Shown here piece after piece: positions 29,603 to 38,120 of a stretch of DNA of 64,000 nt (its first letter is position 1; each line of letters opens with the position of its first letter). Position numbers and translations under genes: made by a program. This stretch comes from Alphaproteobacteria bacterium. GTDB lineage: Bacteria > Pseudomonadota > Alphaproteobacteria > UBA9219. The notes below the pieces were generated by a model. That model did no database searches, had not been told where the DNA came from, and saw only the letters and a list, made by a program, of their open reading frames with translations. The DNA lies in NCBI GenBank assembly GCA_013289265.1, contig JABDAH010000004.1:9153-73152 (forward strand), given 5' to 3'.

Positions 29603-30569
29603 TCGCGCGCACATCGGCTTTGCGCTTCATCATTTTGCCGAGCGACCAGCTCATTGCACAGGCAATCTCAACTTCTGATGCCGTGCGGGTGGATTGAATG
29701 TCACGGCGGCTGCGCCAGATATCCGGCAAGCCTTTAAAGGCGGCGATGGTACCTTTCCACCGTGCCGGGAATGTAGGGCGATGACAGAGCAGCATCAGGT
29801 TGCCGAGAATATGAAGCGGCAAGAATGGCCACAGCAAAAGTCCCGGCATATTTTTGATATAGATCCAGATGCGGTTGCGCGTGCCGTGAAAAATCGAAAA
29901 AGGGCTGGAGACGCCGGTGATGGCGGAGCCCTCATGCTGCACGATGGCGCTCGGCACCTGAATTGTGTGATGGCCAATTAATCTTGCGCGGAAAGCGAGA
30001 TCGACATCCTCGCAATAACAAAATAAACGCTCGTCAAAGCCACCCAGTTTTTGGAATAGGTCAGCGCGGTAGAGCGAAGCGGCAGCGCAGGGGGCGAAGA
30101 CGGTGCCTTCTGCAGGCAGGCTGGATACCGGCCAGCCAATGCCGCCGCGCCATGGGAATCCAGCAAAGTTATAACAATCGCCGCAGCCATCCAGTATCTC
30201 AGGCTTATGATAATTAATCTGGGTCGAGCCAAACAGGCTGCCATCCGGATAGCGTTTGGTGGCATCTATCAGGCGGGCCAGCCAATCAGGATTGGGATAG
30301 GCATCGGGATTGAGCAGCGCAAGCCACTGCCCTTTAGCCTTCTTTGCGGCCAGATTATTGCCAGCTGCAAAACCAAGGTTAGTAGGAGATTTAATCAGCT
30401 GGAACCGGGTATCGGGCAGGGCGGTGGTTTCCGATCCGTCGGTGGAAGCGTTATCGATAACTATCGCCTCGAAATCAGCAAAACTCTGCGCGGCCAGATG
30501 CTTCAGACAGCGTTTCAACCGGTCGCCGCTGTTATAATTAATGATAAGAACGGAAATGAGCATCGACAC
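29574..30569 (-). CDS. Glycosyltransferase family 2
   Basis: 331 aa with ISVLIINYNSGD, VIDNASTDGS and the CEDVDLAFR (DxD-like) region, typical of rhamnosyltransferase-like GT2 enzymes. Confidence 0.85.
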   Translation of the reverse strand: MSMLISVLIINYNSGDRLKRCLKHLAAQSFADFEAIVIDNASTDGSETTALPDTRFQLIKSPTNLGFAAGNNLAAKKAKGQWLALLNPDAYPNPDWLARLIDATKRYPDGSLFGSTQINYHKPEILDGCGDCYNFAGFPWRGGIGWPVSSLPAEGTVFAPCAAASLYRADLFQKLGGFDERLFCYCEDVDLAFRARLIGHHTIQVPSAIVQHEGSAITGVSSPFSIFHGTRNRIWIYIKNMPGLLLWPFLPLHILGNLMLLCHRPTFPARWKGTIAAFKGLPDIWRSRRDIQSTRTASEVEIACAMSWSLGKMMKRKADVRAITSPTSSDR

Positions 30570-30647
30570 AGGCGGTCCAGAAGAAACGTGACAAAGGCTT
30601 GTGACCCACCCTATAAAAATAGTTCAGATAATCATAGCCTAAAACCG

Positions 30648-31874
30648 ATGAAACGATTGCTAAAAATAGTGTGGCGCTGTCAGCCCGTCAAATTACGGCA
30701 GTGGGAACGCGCCGTCGTTACCCTCTTTCTGACACGTAAAGTTGATCCTGAACGTCAAATTTTACCCGGCAATGTTGTCGTGGCTGGTTTCTTCGGCACG
30801 GCTTCCGGCATTGCCACAATCGCACGGCACATGTTGCGACAGTTCAATGACAACCATATTCCGGCACTTGCTGCCAATCTTAGCCATCTGGCAACAACGG
30901 ATATAGAGGCAGGGCCGCTATGGCCTGAGAATGCAGGTACTGACGGTGCTGTTATTTTTAACGCCAACCCGGATATGATGAGCATCGCCATGGCCGCTAT
31001 TGGCTGGGCGCGTTTGCGCACGCGCCGTATCATAGCCATATGGGCGTGGGAACTGGAAACAGTGCCTTCAGGCTGGATCACCGCCATGCGCGCCGTCGAC
31101 GAAGTCTGGGTGCCGAGCAAGTTCATCGCCGATGCCTTGAAGCGCGCCGCACCAGAAAAGCCGGTTTATGTCGTGCCGCCGCCGATGGATGTTGCAGCAA
31201 TGCCAACGGCGCCTCGTCAAGATCCCTTGCCGCAATTCGCCGGTCGACCCGTTGTGTTCTTTATGTATGATGTCAATTCGGTGCATGCGCGGAAAAATCC
31301 GGAAGCGGTGATCGAGGCTTTTCGCCGTGCGACGCTGAATGATTCCACTCCGCTTCTGGTTTTGAAAATCAGCAACGACCATGTCTGGCCGGAGAGTTAT
31401 GAGCGCGTGCAAAAAGCGATTGCGGATATAGCCAATGTCCATATCATCCGTGAGAAACTGCCGTATGAAACGGTAAAGGATTTGCTGGCGCGGGCCGATA
31501 TTGTGTTGTCGCTGCATCGCTCGGAGGGTTTCGGTTTTCTGATGGCCGAAGCGATGGCTGCCGCCAAGCCGGTGATCGCCACGGGCTGGTCCGCCAATAC
31601 TGGTTTTATGACCAGGGAATGCAGCGTGCTGATCGATTATAAACTTGTGCCCATCTCTGATCCGCAACATGTTTATGATAGCTATAAGGCTGTGTGGGCT
31701 GAGCCGGATATAGCGCAGGCGGCATCGGAATTGCGTCGGTTGCTGGATGATCCCGCAGAACGTAAGCGGCTGGGGCAGGCAGCGCGCAACCATATTATGT
31801 CTTATATGTCGGCGCAGAATGGGCTGAAAAATTTGCCGCAAAGTTTTTGGAATGTAGTGAAAACCCAAGAATAA
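30648..31874 (+). CDS. Glycosyltransferase family 4 (GT-B)
   Basis: Starts at ATG 30648 (MKRLLKIVW...). The upstream 147 codons in the ORF track are antisense to the GT2 gene. The EX7E region is LHRSEGFGFLMAEAMAAAKPVIATGW. Confidence 0.8.
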   Translation: MKRLLKIVWRCQPVKLRQWERAVVTLFLTRKVDPERQILPGNVVVAGFFGTASGIATIARHMLRQFNDNHIPALAANLSHLATTDIEAGPLWPENAGTDGAVIFNANPDMMSIAMAAIGWARLRTRRIIAIWAWELETVPSGWITAMRAVDEVWVPSKFIADALKRAAPEKPVYVVPPPMDVAAMPTAPRQDPLPQFAGRPVVFFMYDVNSVHARKNPEAVIEAFRRATLNDSTPLLVLKISNDHVWPESYERVQKAIADIANVHIIREKLPYETVKDLLARADIVLSLHRSEGFGFLMAEAMAAAKPVIATGWSANTGFMTRECSVLIDYKLVPISDPQHVYDSYKAVWAEPDIAQAASELRRLLDDPAERKRLGQAARNHIMSYMSAQNGLKNLPQSFWNVVKTQE

Positions 31875-31979
31875 CAATACGAAATATCGTTAACGAATAA
31901 GATTGTGTAGGGCTGGCGCAAAAACGAATGCTGGGCTAGGATTTCTCATATTTCGTAAGTTATTTATTGGAGAGATGCG

Positions 31980-32444
31980 ATGCAAAAATTTTTATTACCG
32001 CATGTGGCCCTCATGATGGGGCTGACGGCGCTGCCGATGCAAAGTAATGCCAGTGTTGGACGGTCACCTGTTGTGCCCGCTTCTGATTACGAAGGCATCG
32101 TTGCTAGGGATACAATACCCCAGTGTATTCTTCGACCAGATGGAACTTTCATGACGGATGCCAACTTGAATTTGTCCGATGGCAGTAAATTCCTTATTCA
32201 CACAGATGGCGTTTCAGGAAATTTTACCGGTTATGCCGTGTTGGATTTTTTAACTCGCCCGAGAATGATAAAGACCATGGTTTCTGATGATGTCGGTGGA
32301 GATGAAAGAGACGTTGTGACTTTAGTTGCAGGTATTGGGGCTAAAGACCAACGGGAGTGTGCTATTACCGCAGAAAGAATGGGGGTAGTGAAAACTCGGC
32401 CTGTGCCTACTAAGATTACAACATCTGGTTTAGGGCTTCATTAA
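31980..32444 (+). CDS. Hypothetical secreted protein (ORFan-like)
   Basis: 154 aa. A good SD (GGAGAG) precedes the ATG. The signal peptide is MQKFLLPHVALMMGLTALPMQSNA. The gene is AT-richer than its flanks and has no recognisable domain. Confidence 0.5.
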   Translation: MQKFLLPHVALMMGLTALPMQSNASVGRSPVVPASDYEGIVARDTIPQCILRPDGTFMTDANLNLSDGSKFLIHTDGVSGNFTGYAVLDFLTRPRMIKTMVSDDVGGDERDVVTLVAGIGAKDQRECAITAERMGVVKTRPVPTKITTSGLGLH

Positions 32445-32453
32445 ACCTAAACC
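32427..32453. terminator. 8-bp hairpin (GGTTTAGG-n11-CCTAAACC) spanning two convergent stop codons
   Basis: A perfect inverted repeat straddles the TAA of the 31980-32444 ORF and the TAG of pepP. There is no U-tract, so terminator function is speculative. Confidence 0.35.
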
Positions 32454-34231
32454 GCCTTCGTTGCTTCCAACAGCCAAGGCACGGTCGCAGCATCGACCAG
32501 AGGACGCACACTCTCGCGGACACGGGTATGGTAGTTATTCAGCCACGCGCGTTCATCATTGGTTAGCATCGCAACGTCAATCAGGCGGCGGTCGATGGGG
32601 ACAAGGGTCAGCGTCTCGAAACCCAGCATCTTGCGGTCCGCGGTAGTCAGCTCGGCGAATTCAACGACCGCCTGCAGATTTTCGATGCGGATGCCGTACT
32701 GGCCCGCCTGATAATAACCGGGTTCATTCGAGACAACCATGCCGGGTTTTAGCGGCACCTTGTTGCGTTTAGAGATTCCCTGCGGACCTTCGTGGACGCC
32801 GAGATAATTGCCAACGCCGTGGCCTGTACCGTGATTGTAATCAAGGCCGATAGCCCATAAATGTTGCCGCGCGAGCGCATCCAGCTCCGCCCCTGTTGTG
32901 CCTTCTGGAAAACGGATAGCGGCGAGCGCGATATGGCCCTTCAGCACGCGCGTGAATCTGTCGCGCATTTCGGCAGTTGGCGCGCCGACCGCAATTGTGC
33001 GGGTGACATCAGTAGTACCGTCCAGATATTGCCCGCCGCTGTCGAGCAGGAACAACTGCCCTGGCTCCAGCTTGCGGTTACTAACCGTTGTTGCGCGGTA
33101 ATGCACAATGGCGCCGTGACCGCCGGCTCCGGCAATGGTATCGAAGCTTGGGCCGCGGTAAAGATTGTTGGCGCTGCGAAATTCACTGAGCTTTTCTTCG
33201 GCGCTGAGTTCGGTGACAGTTCCGGTGATGAGTTCTTTTTCCAGCCACGCGAAAAATTTGCTGAGGGCCGCACCGTCGCGGCGATGAGCTGAGCGCATGC
33301 CTTCCAGCTCGGTCCCGTTTTTGCAAGCCTTGGGCAGGATACAGGGATCATCGCCAAGGCTCAGCTTGGCCCCCGCCATTTTGAGCCGATCAATAATGGC
33401 GCTGGCGGCCTCGGCCGCATCGATACGCACCGGCATTTCTTCCTTGCCGAGTTGATCGAGCGCATGTGGAAACTGGCCGGGATCTTCAATTCTAACCTGT
33501 GATCCAAGCTGTTGTTCTAGGTCGGGTGTGATTTTGGCGCGCGCTACGAACCATTTTATTTTGCCGGTCGCGTAAAGAATGGCAAAGCTCAGCGGTAGCG
33601 GCGTATTGGGAACATCATTACCGCGAACGTTCAGCAGCCACGCGATGGAAGCGGGATCAGTGATAACCGCCGCACTCAAATTCTGCTTTTTTAACTCTTC
33701 GGCGAGATTGGTGCGCTTGTCAGCGGCGCTTTTGCCGGAATAGATCAACTCATAGGCATGGATAGGCTGCATCGGCGGTGCGGGACGGTCATACCAGATT
33801 GTATCGACAAAATTTTTATCAGCCGCGATAAGTTCCGCGCCGTTTTTTGCCAAGCTCTTTTTTAGCCGGTCTATGCTATCTGCCGTATGCAGCCACGGGT
33901 CATAGGCAATCTTCATGCCTTTACCGGCATTTTCTTCCAGCCATTTGGAAGAAGGTTTGATGCTGCTGTCGAAAACCGCGTATAGGTCTGGCGGCACTTG
34001 TTGCGTTGCCTGTAATGTGTAGCGGCCATCCGTGAAGAAAGCGGCTTTATCCTTTAGGACAGTGATAAATCCGGCCGATCCTGTAAAACCGCTGAGGAAA
34101 CGGATGCGTTGCGCCGACTCTGGCACATATTCGCTTTGATACTCATCTTCCATCGGCACCAGAAAGCCGCCAAAACCGGCTTTCGTCAGCGCATCGCGCA
34201 GGGCTTGAAGATGGGCGGTATAGTTGGTCAT
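32447..34231 (-). CDS. pepP: Xaa-Pro aminopeptidase (M24B)
   Basis: 594 aa with the metal-binding motifs HGTGHGVG and SNEPGYY, and an N-terminal creatinase-like domain. Confidence 0.9.
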   Translation of the reverse strand: MTNYTAHLQALRDALTKAGFGGFLVPMEDEYQSEYVPESAQRIRFLSGFTGSAGFITVLKDKAAFFTDGRYTLQATQQVPPDLYAVFDSSIKPSSKWLEENAGKGMKIAYDPWLHTADSIDRLKKSLAKNGAELIAADKNFVDTIWYDRPAPPMQPIHAYELIYSGKSAADKRTNLAEELKKQNLSAAVITDPASIAWLLNVRGNDVPNTPLPLSFAILYATGKIKWFVARAKITPDLEQQLGSQVRIEDPGQFPHALDQLGKEEMPVRIDAAEAASAIIDRLKMAGAKLSLGDDPCILPKACKNGTELEGMRSAHRRDGAALSKFFAWLEKELITGTVTELSAEEKLSEFRSANNLYRGPSFDTIAGAGGHGAIVHYRATTVSNRKLEPGQLFLLDSGGQYLDGTTDVTRTIAVGAPTAEMRDRFTRVLKGHIALAAIRFPEGTTGAELDALARQHLWAIGLDYNHGTGHGVGNYLGVHEGPQGISKRNKVPLKPGMVVSNEPGYYQAGQYGIRIENLQAVVEFAELTTADRKMLGFETLTLVPIDRRLIDVAMLTNDERAWLNNYHTRVRESVRPLVDAATVPWLLEATKAV

Positions 34232-34272
34232 GAGTAAGGTTTATCACTTCACGGAGTGTGGGACTAGAGATT

Positions 34273-34317
34273 AGTGGTCAGAGAAGAAAGAGATTATTTC
34301 TTCTTTCTCTGACCACT
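34273..34317. repeat. Long imperfect palindrome (about 20 bp stem), 6 nt downstream of the prmA stop
   Basis: AGTGGTCAGAGAAGAAAGAGA / TTTCTTCTTTCTCTGACCACT. The first 13 bp pair perfectly, then there are bulges. There is no U-tract on the prmA strand, so it may be a REP-like element rather than an intrinsic terminator. Confidence 0.5.
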
Positions 34318-34322
34318 GACCC

Positions 34323-35300
34323 CTAAGCTTTCAGAACCAAAATCGACCATTCCCCAAGCCGTATGCATTTAACGAGATGGATTTTTTGCATCCGGTGCGC
34401 GGCTATAACCATATTGGCTTGATGGTTTAGAAGCCCTGCCAGAATAACCATGCCACCGGGACGCAGATGACGTTTTAAATCGTGCGCCATGTGACTCAGT
34501 GGTTTTGCGAAAATATTAGCCATGATCAAGTCATAGGGTGCGCCCTGATGCACAAGCCGCGAATTGTAGCCGCGATTAACGGATGTGCGGATATTTTTGC
34601 GAAGGCCGTTAGATGCAGCGTTGTTTTTCGCGATCACAACGGAATCCGGATCAAGGTCAACCGCTACATTGTGGCCGCCGTAAAGTTGTGCCGCTGCCAT
34701 CGCCAAAATGCCGGAGCCGCATCCCATATCAAGCATCCTGAAAGCATGCTTTCCTTCTGGCGTGACTCCCGCGCAGGCGGGAGTCCATTTGTGGGCTTGG
34801 TGTTTTAAAAATGGATGCCCGCCTACGCGGGCATGACGCTGAATTAATTTCTTTTTAAAAATCCAGTTTAGCATCAGGAGGCAGCCGCGCGTTGTCGGAT
34901 GTTCGCCTGTGCCGAAGGCATTCGTGGCATCGATCTGCAAAGCGTAGCGGCGGTTGGGAACTTTGCTGCGATGGAGAGCACCGTGAATAGTCCAGCGGGC
35001 GATAGGCAGCGGTGGAAAATCTTCTGCAACTTTTTTCAGCCAGTCGAGTTTCGGCATTTCTTTGATAGTGAGTTTCGGCGTCGCAATTTTATGAATCATT
35101 GCCACGATAGATAGTTGCGCCGTCAGGTTGGGAAGGTCCGGCAGCGAATCATAGAGCGCTTCAATCTGCGCTTCTGCCTTGCGGGGCGGTGCCAGTACCG
35201 TTACAGCCAGCGCATTTTCGCCCAAAGGTTCGGCCATGGCATCGGCCAGCGCAGAAGGTACCTTAAACGTCAGGGCCCAGATTTTGTGCTTAAAAGACAT
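34323..35300 (-). CDS. prmA: Ribosomal protein L11 methyltransferase, carrying an in-frame insertion
   Basis: 325 aa with GTGEHPTTRGCL and LDMGCGSGILAMAA (SAM motif). About 41 residues separate the two motifs, against about 12 in E. coli PrmA as I recall it. Confidence 0.9.
   Translation of the reverse strand: MSFKHKIWALTFKVPSALADAMAEPLGENALAVTVLAPPRKAEAQIEALYDSLPDLPNLTAQLSIVAMIHKIATPKLTIKEMPKLDWLKKVAEDFPPLPIARWTIHGALHRSKVPNRRYALQIDATNAFGTGEHPTTRGCLLMLNWIFKKKLIQRHARVGGHPFLKHQAHKWTPACAGVTPEGKHAFRMLDMGCGSGILAMAAAQLYGGHNVAVDLDPDSVVIAKNNAASNGLRKNIRTSVNRGYNSRLVHQGAPYDLIMANIFAKPLSHMAHDLKRHLRPGGMVILAGLLNHQANMVIAAHRMQKIHLVKCIRLGEWSILVLKA
34760..34839. repeat. ~80-nt double-hairpin palindromic element inside the prmA coding sequence
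   Basis: The sequence is GCGTGACTCCCGCgcagGCGGGAGTCCATTT-n18-AAATGGATGCCCGCctacGCGGGCATGACGC. Each arm is itself a perfect 8-9 bp hairpin, and the arms are inverted copies of each other. It encodes residues about 154-181 (QRHARVGGHPFLKHQAHKWTPACAGVTP). Confidence 0.7.
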
Positions 35301-35502
35301 AGAGATGCGTGAAAGAGTTCAAGTTGATGTGAATTCTGAATAAGAATAGGCCTTTCGTATTCTCCAGCCAATCCAAATTTCAATTCGGTTTCAAAACTAA
35401 TATCAAAGAACCCGATCGTATCAAAACGTCAGGTTTGAAGTTTTTCAATAGCTCCGCTAGTCTCAACACAGATTTCAAACCCGGCAGCTTCAGGAGACAG
35501 TG

Positions 35503-35847
35503 ATGAAGAAGGTAATGACAAAGACCGCATTGGCTATGGTTCTGATGATTGCGGGATTTGCGATATCAGGATGCAGCATGGGCTACCATACTGGCCGCGA
35601 TCCTTATATGGAACTTTCCACGCCGCCGGCTGTTACTCCTTCAAACCCGCCGCCAAAAGATGAAGACCCTAAGACGCATGCTGAAATGCGCGACCAAAAT
35701 ATGATGCTGTCGACACCGCCGATGGTGCAGCCGATGGTATTGCCTGTTGTCGATCAATCTATGTTGGGGCAACCCGCGATGGCGCCAGATACTTCATCTA
35801 TGGTGATAGATTCCGGTATGCATCCCCACTCTTACCCGACAAGATAA
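35503..35847 (+). CDS. Pro-rich lipoprotein, hypothetical
   Basis: The lipobox is AISGC. The SD AGGAGA sits 5 nt upstream of ATG 35503. There is an internal repeat M(E/M)LSTPP. Confidence 0.6.
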   Translation: MKKVMTKTALAMVLMIAGFAISGCSMGYHTGRDPYMELSTPPAVTPSNPPPKDEDPKTHAEMRDQNMMLSTPPMVQPMVLPVVDQSMLGQPAMAPDTSSMVIDSGMHPHSYPTR

Positions 35848-35852
35848 GCGGA

Positions 35853-38120
35853 TCACGCAGGGCGCACGAAGCTTTCCATCACTTTTTTAAGTCCGGCTTT
35901 ATCGAAAGATATTTCCAGCTTGTCGTGATCGATGCGCTTGATTGTGCCGTTGCCAAATTTTTCATGAAACACGCGGTCACCGATATTAAGTTTGCCCTCG
36001 CGCTTTGGCGGCGTGATGACATAGGCCTTGCCTTCAATTTCCGTGGGGCGCAGGCGCGGCGGCACATTTCTGGCCTGTCCGGCGCGTAGCTGTTCCCAGA
36101 GCGGTGGCACATTTTCCTTGCGCTCACGTTGCCATGAATTGCTTGCCTGCTGATTGCCGAAATTGATAGTTGATTGCTTGTCGATATGGGCGCTGGGCAG
36201 TTCCGTAATAAAGCGGGAAGGCAAGGCATTGATCCAGCTGCCGTGCAATTGCCGGTTGGCGACATGGCTGATAAAGGCGCGCTCCCGTGCGCGGGTGATG
36301 CCAACATAAGCCAGCCGCCGTTCTTCTTCCAAACCCTGCGTGCCATTTTCTTCCATTGATCTGCGGCTGGGGAAAATTTCTTCCTCCCAGCCCGGCAGGA
36401 ACACGTTATTGAATTCGAGGCCTTTAGCGCCGTGCAGGGTCATAAGGCTGACTTGCGCGCCGTCATTTTTCTCGGTCGCTTCCATGACAAGGCTGACATG
36501 CTCTAAAAACGCGGGCATGGTATCGAATTCCGCCAGAGCGCTGACCAGCTCTTTCAGGTTATCGAGGCGGCCCGGCGCTTCAGGCGATTTATCTGCCTGC
36601 CACATGCCGGTATAGCCGGACTCGTCCAGTACGATTTGCGCGACTTCCGGATGCGGCAAGGTCTTCAGCAATTCCCGCCACCGCACAAAAGAATCCATCA
36701 AGGTGCGCATTGTTGCGCGCAATTTTGGTTTCAGCTCGTCCGTTTCCAGCAGGCGCGTGGCAGATGCTGTGAGCGACAGCTGCAATGGCCGGGCATAAGA
36801 ATAGAGTTGCTGGATAGCCGCAGGTCCAATGCCGCGTTTCGGCGTATTGATAATGCGCTCGAATGCCAGATCGTCTTCAGGTGAGACCAGGAGACGTAAG
36901 TAGGCCATAGCGTCGCGGATTTCCTGCCGCTCATAAAAGCGTGCGCCGACAAGGACGCGGTAGGGGATGCCGAGACTAATAAAACGTTCTTCGAAATGGC
37001 GGGTCTGGAAACCGGCGCGGACCATAACGGCGACTTCGTTAAGCGCCACCTGACGGCGCTGCAAAGTTTCAATTTCATCTGCGACCCAGCGCGCCTCTTC
37101 TTCGCCGTCCCACAAAGTCTGGATGCGGACTTTTTCGCCGGGCTCCGCCGATGTCCATAGGGTTTTGCCGAGGCGCATCTGGTTCTTGGCGATCAGATGC
37201 GATGCTGCGCCTAGAATATGTCCCGATGAACGGTAATTTTGTTCCAGCCGTACGACAACAGCGCCGGGAAAATCTTCTTCAAAGCGCAGAATATTGCCGA
37301 TCTCAGCACCGCGCCAGCCATAGATTGATTGGTCTTCGTCACCGACGCAGCAGATATTGTTGTGCCCTTTGGCCAGCAATCGCAGCCATAAATACTGTAC
37401 GACGTTAGTATCCTGATACTCATCGACCAGAATATAGCGAAAGCGGTTATGCATCTCCGCCAGAATATCCGGATGATTTTTCAGAATGGTCAGATGATGC
37501 AAAAGTAGATCGCCGAAATCGCAAGCATTCAGCGACTTCAAGCGTTCCTGATATTGTTCGTAAATCTTGGGCAATTTGCCGTTAGCCAACTGTCCACCGG
37601 TTTCGCCGCGCACATCATTGGGTAAAAGACCACGATCTTTCCAGCGGCTTATGACGGCGGCAACAACGCGGCCCGGCGATTTTTTATCATCGATATTTTC
37701 GGCTTCCAGCAACTGCTTGATAAGTCTTATCTGGTCGTCCTGATCCAGAATGGTAAAATTCGGTTTCAGCCCCACCAGTTCTGCATGTGGGCGCAGGAGT
37801 CGCGCAGCGAGCGAATGGAAGGTGCCGAGAAACCAGCCCTCGACCGAGCGGCCAAGGCTGTGCGAGATACGTTCGCGGATTTCGCCGGCAGCTTTGTTGG
37901 TAAAAGTCACCGCCAGGATCTGGCCGGGCAGGGCTTTGCCCGTGGTGAGGAGATGCACAAGCCGTGCCGTCAATACGCGCGTTTTTCCAGTACCGGCACC
38001 AGCCAAAACCAGTACGGGCCCATCCAAGGCTTCGACGGCGGCGCGTTGTTCCGGATTCAGGGCGTGCCAATAATCGGGCTCGCTATTTGTAGCTAAAGAA
38101 TTTTGCATCAACGCGGGCAT
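35853..38120 (-). CDS. uvrD: ATP-dependent DNA helicase UvrD/PcrA family
   Basis: 755 aa with Walker A AGAGTGKT, motif II VDEYQDTN and the C-terminal FHEKFGNGTI domain typical of alphaproteobacterial UvrD. An alternative ATG at 38108 overlaps the upstream gene's stop by 1 nt. Confidence 0.9.
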   Translation of the reverse strand: MPALMQNSLATNSEPDYWHALNPEQRAAVEALDGPVLVLAGAGTGKTRVLTARLVHLLTTGKALPGQILAVTFTNKAAGEIRERISHSLGRSVEGWFLGTFHSLAARLLRPHAELVGLKPNFTILDQDDQIRLIKQLLEAENIDDKKSPGRVVAAVISRWKDRGLLPNDVRGETGGQLANGKLPKIYEQYQERLKSLNACDFGDLLLHHLTILKNHPDILAEMHNRFRYILVDEYQDTNVVQYLWLRLLAKGHNNICCVGDEDQSIYGWRGAEIGNILRFEEDFPGAVVVRLEQNYRSSGHILGAASHLIAKNQMRLGKTLWTSAEPGEKVRIQTLWDGEEEARWVADEIETLQRRQVALNEVAVMVRAGFQTRHFEERFISLGIPYRVLVGARFYERQEIRDAMAYLRLLVSPEDDLAFERIINTPKRGIGPAAIQQLYSYARPLQLSLTASATRLLETDELKPKLRATMRTLMDSFVRWRELLKTLPHPEVAQIVLDESGYTGMWQADKSPEAPGRLDNLKELVSALAEFDTMPAFLEHVSLVMEATEKNDGAQVSLMTLHGAKGLEFNNVFLPGWEEEIFPSRRSMEENGTQGLEEERRLAYVGITRARERAFISHVANRQLHGSWINALPSRFITELPSAHIDKQSTINFGNQQASNSWQRERKENVPPLWEQLRAGQARNVPPRLRPTEIEGKAYVITPPKREGKLNIGDRVFHEKFGNGTIKRIDHDKLEISFDKAGLKKVMESFVRPA

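Noticed and set aside
35853-38120. The UvrD-family helicase as part of a defence system, for example a Gabija- or Dnd-like helicase module.
   Set aside because: Its length, motifs and C-terminal domain match housekeeping alphaproteobacterial UvrD. No nuclease, ATPase or methylase partners are adjacent.
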